A DNA stretch of 64,000 nt from NCBI GenBank assembly GCA_003971905.1, contig RSEE01000066.1:1-64000 (forward strand), written 5' to 3'. Positions 62,221 through 64,000 of this stretch are shown piece by piece; position 1 is the stretch's first letter, and each line of letters starts with the position of its first letter. Made by a program: the position numbers and the translations under genes. A model generated the notes under the pieces. That model was given only the letters and a program-made list of their open reading frames with translations, searched no databases and was not told the origin of the DNA. Origin of the DNA: Moniliella sp. 'wahieum' (lineage: Eukaryota).

Positions 62221-62752
62221 CCACGCGCTCGTACGGCGGCTGTACGGCGGGAGGGGCGCACCTCGGGAGGGCGACGCGCTGCGGATAATCATGGCTGTGT
62301 GTTTTGCCGGATGCCCGATGCCTGCGCCCAGCCGAGCGGTGGTGGTCGCCAGAAGAGACGCCGGCCTCCGCCGCCCGCTGCTCGTGCCCGCCAGTTCCGC
62401 CGCCCCACCTGCACCATTCTCACGCCAATTCCGCCGGGGGGGTGGTTTGAAGCTTGATAAGCGCTCGCCTATCACATGTCGCACATCACGCATCACACAT
62501 CACAGCCAGTTCGGATTCCCTGTCGGTGGTACGTTTTGCTCCGGCGTCATATCGGCCGGTGGGGCAGCACCGGCAAACCGAAAATCCCCCCAGCCGAAGC
62601 CCGTTGAATGTCGTCGCGGCCAGGGGAGAGGCCGGGCGGCGCGCCGCTGTCTCGAGTTGTTTAGGTTTCTTGGGTTGCTCTCTCCGCATCCGGTGGGGCA
62701 GCTCACCATCTTCTGCCTCCTCTCCCTCCCCCTCTTCTCTCCATCCCTCACC

Positions 62753-63988
62753 ATGGCAGACGAAACCGACGTGGGCGCCATCCGCCAACCCATCGACCAG
62801 GATGCACTCAACGCCTATCTGGCCCACACCCCCTCTGGCCGCTTAGCCCCCGTCCACATTGATGGGCAGTTCGCCTTTGGCCAGTCCAACCCCAGCTACG
62901 CCCTGACCGGCAGCGACGGCGCCAAGTATGTCCTGCGCAAGAAGCCCCCCGGCGCCCTGGTCTCCCGCACGGCCCATGCCATCGAGCGCGAGTTCCGCGT
63001 CCTGCACGCCATCCACACGGCCAACATGCGTCTGGCGGATCCGGCGCGCACTGTGCCGGTCCCCGAGGTCAAGGTTCTCTGCACCGATGCGGCTGTGATC
63101 GGCACTCCGTTTTACATTATGCGCTTTGTCCCTGGCCGCATCTTCACCGACAACCGTCTCCTGGGTCTGTCCGCACGCGAGCGTGCCGAATGCTGGACTT
63201 CAGCCATGCAAGTCCTCGCCAATCTCCACAACATTGACGTGACCAGCGCTGGTCTTGGCGATTACGGCCGATCCCAAGGCTTTTACCCGCGCCAACTCAA
63301 GTCATTGACGGCGGTAGCGAGTGCCCAAGCAGCTGTAGCCAACCGCAAGGGAGACAAGGTGGGTCCGATCCCGCACTTTGATCCATTGGTTTCCTGGCTC
63401 GCCTCCCACTTGCCTCAGGACCAGACAACCCTCATCCACGGCGACTTTAAAATCGACAACCTCATCTTTCACCCCACCGAGCCCAAGATCGTCGCCGTCT
63501 TGGACTGGGAACTGTCCACTCTCGGTCATCCAATGAGCGACTTGGCCAATCTCTTGCAGTGTTTCACTCTGCCTCCTACTCCGGGCATGTCCTTGGACCA
63601 AGTTTTGCATGATCCCACCGCCTCAGTGACTGCTCTAGAATCGCACTCCACCCTGTTGACGTTCGGGATGCTGCCGCCGGACCAGACGCCCATCCCACCC
63701 TTGAACCAGCTTATGCAAACGTACCGTACCGCCCGTCACAACGGGGCAGCCAGCCAGACTACGCCCGAGCAAGACCAAGTCTGGAGTGCAGAATGGCACT
63801 TTGCTGCCGCCTGGGCCTGGTTCCGATTGGCCGTGATCACGCAAGGCATTGCGGCTCGAAATGCGGCAGGCCAAGCGAGCAGTGCCAAGGCCACCGCCTA
63901 CGGACGTCTGTTTCCCACCTGCGGTAATAACGCCTGGCTGATTGCGCAAGGCAAGGAAACGACCCTGGGCAAACAAAGCAAACTATGA
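62753..63988 (+). CDS. APH/choline-kinase-like phosphotransferase, ACAD10/11 N-terminal-domain type, with PTS1 (-SKL)
   Basis: [99 protein letters not shown]; ends GKQSKL*. Intact single ORF. Confidence 0.93.
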   Translation: MADETDVGAIRQPIDQDALNAYLAHTPSGRLAPVHIDGQFAFGQSNPSYALTGSDGAKYVLRKKPPGALVSRTAHAIEREFRVLHAIHTANMRLADPARTVPVPEVKVLCTDAAVIGTPFYIMRFVPGRIFTDNRLLGLSARERAECWTSAMQVLANLHNIDVTSAGLGDYGRSQGFYPRQLKSLTAVASAQAAVANRKGDKVGPIPHFDPLVSWLASHLPQDQTTLIHGDFKIDNLIFHPTEPKIVAVLDWELSTLGHPMSDLANLLQCFTLPPTPGMSLDQVLHDPTASVTALESHSTLLTFGMLPPDQTPIPPLNQLMQTYRTARHNGAASQTTPEQDQVWSAEWHFAAAWAWFRLAVITQGIAARNAAGQASSAKATAYGRLFPTCGNNAWLIAQGKETTLGKQSKL

Positions 63989-64000
63989 ATGATATCGATC

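Noticed and set aside
1..64000. hundreds of overlapping 60-300 aa ORFs in the track
   Set aside because: Antisense and alternate-frame shadows expected at high GC content; they show no motifs and overlap identified genes.
1..64000. telomerase RNA template, TPP riboswitch, or TGA-CTA readthrough PTS1 extensions
   Set aside because: By eye I found no TAACCCTAA template context, no TPP aptamer core and no TGACTA stop context on the identified genes. An Infernal search would be needed to exclude them fully.

Overview
Eukaryotic, GC-rich, intron-poor fungal DNA. Gene content and architecture point to a basidiomycete, most likely Ustilaginomycotina-like (inference). Recognisable genes, left to right: HMG-CoA reductase (-), 60S ribosomal protein L4 (+), ATP23 metalloprotease (+), a centrosomin/Mto1-ApsB-like coiled-coil protein (-), an Mtr/AAAP amino-acid permease (-), a Bet1-like SNARE (+), cytosolic methionyl-tRNA synthetase with a C-terminal WHEP domain (-), an ORC6-like protein (+), fimbrin (+), XanA-type 2-oxoglutarate xanthine dioxygenase (-), a TMX-like thioredoxin-fold membrane protein (-), an intron-containing tRNA-Val(AAC) (-), SCAP/Scp1 (-) and a stand-alone ACAD10/11-type phosphotransferase ending in SKL (+). 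There are also several orphan low-complexity genes. Two gene-poor tracts (about 22-30 kb and 42-50 kb) hold solo LTRs (one with a perfect 5-bp TSD), a CCHC zinc-knuckle remnant, minisatellites and a fold-back with 87-bp arms. Most long genes are broken by small indels, often in homopolymers. This looks like unpolished long-read error, so CDS boundaries are approximate. The most unusual signal is an intergenic 7-bp-period grammar, TGA-[4-bp palindrome]-TGA, which uses 12 different palindromic spacers and sometimes mixes them within one array.
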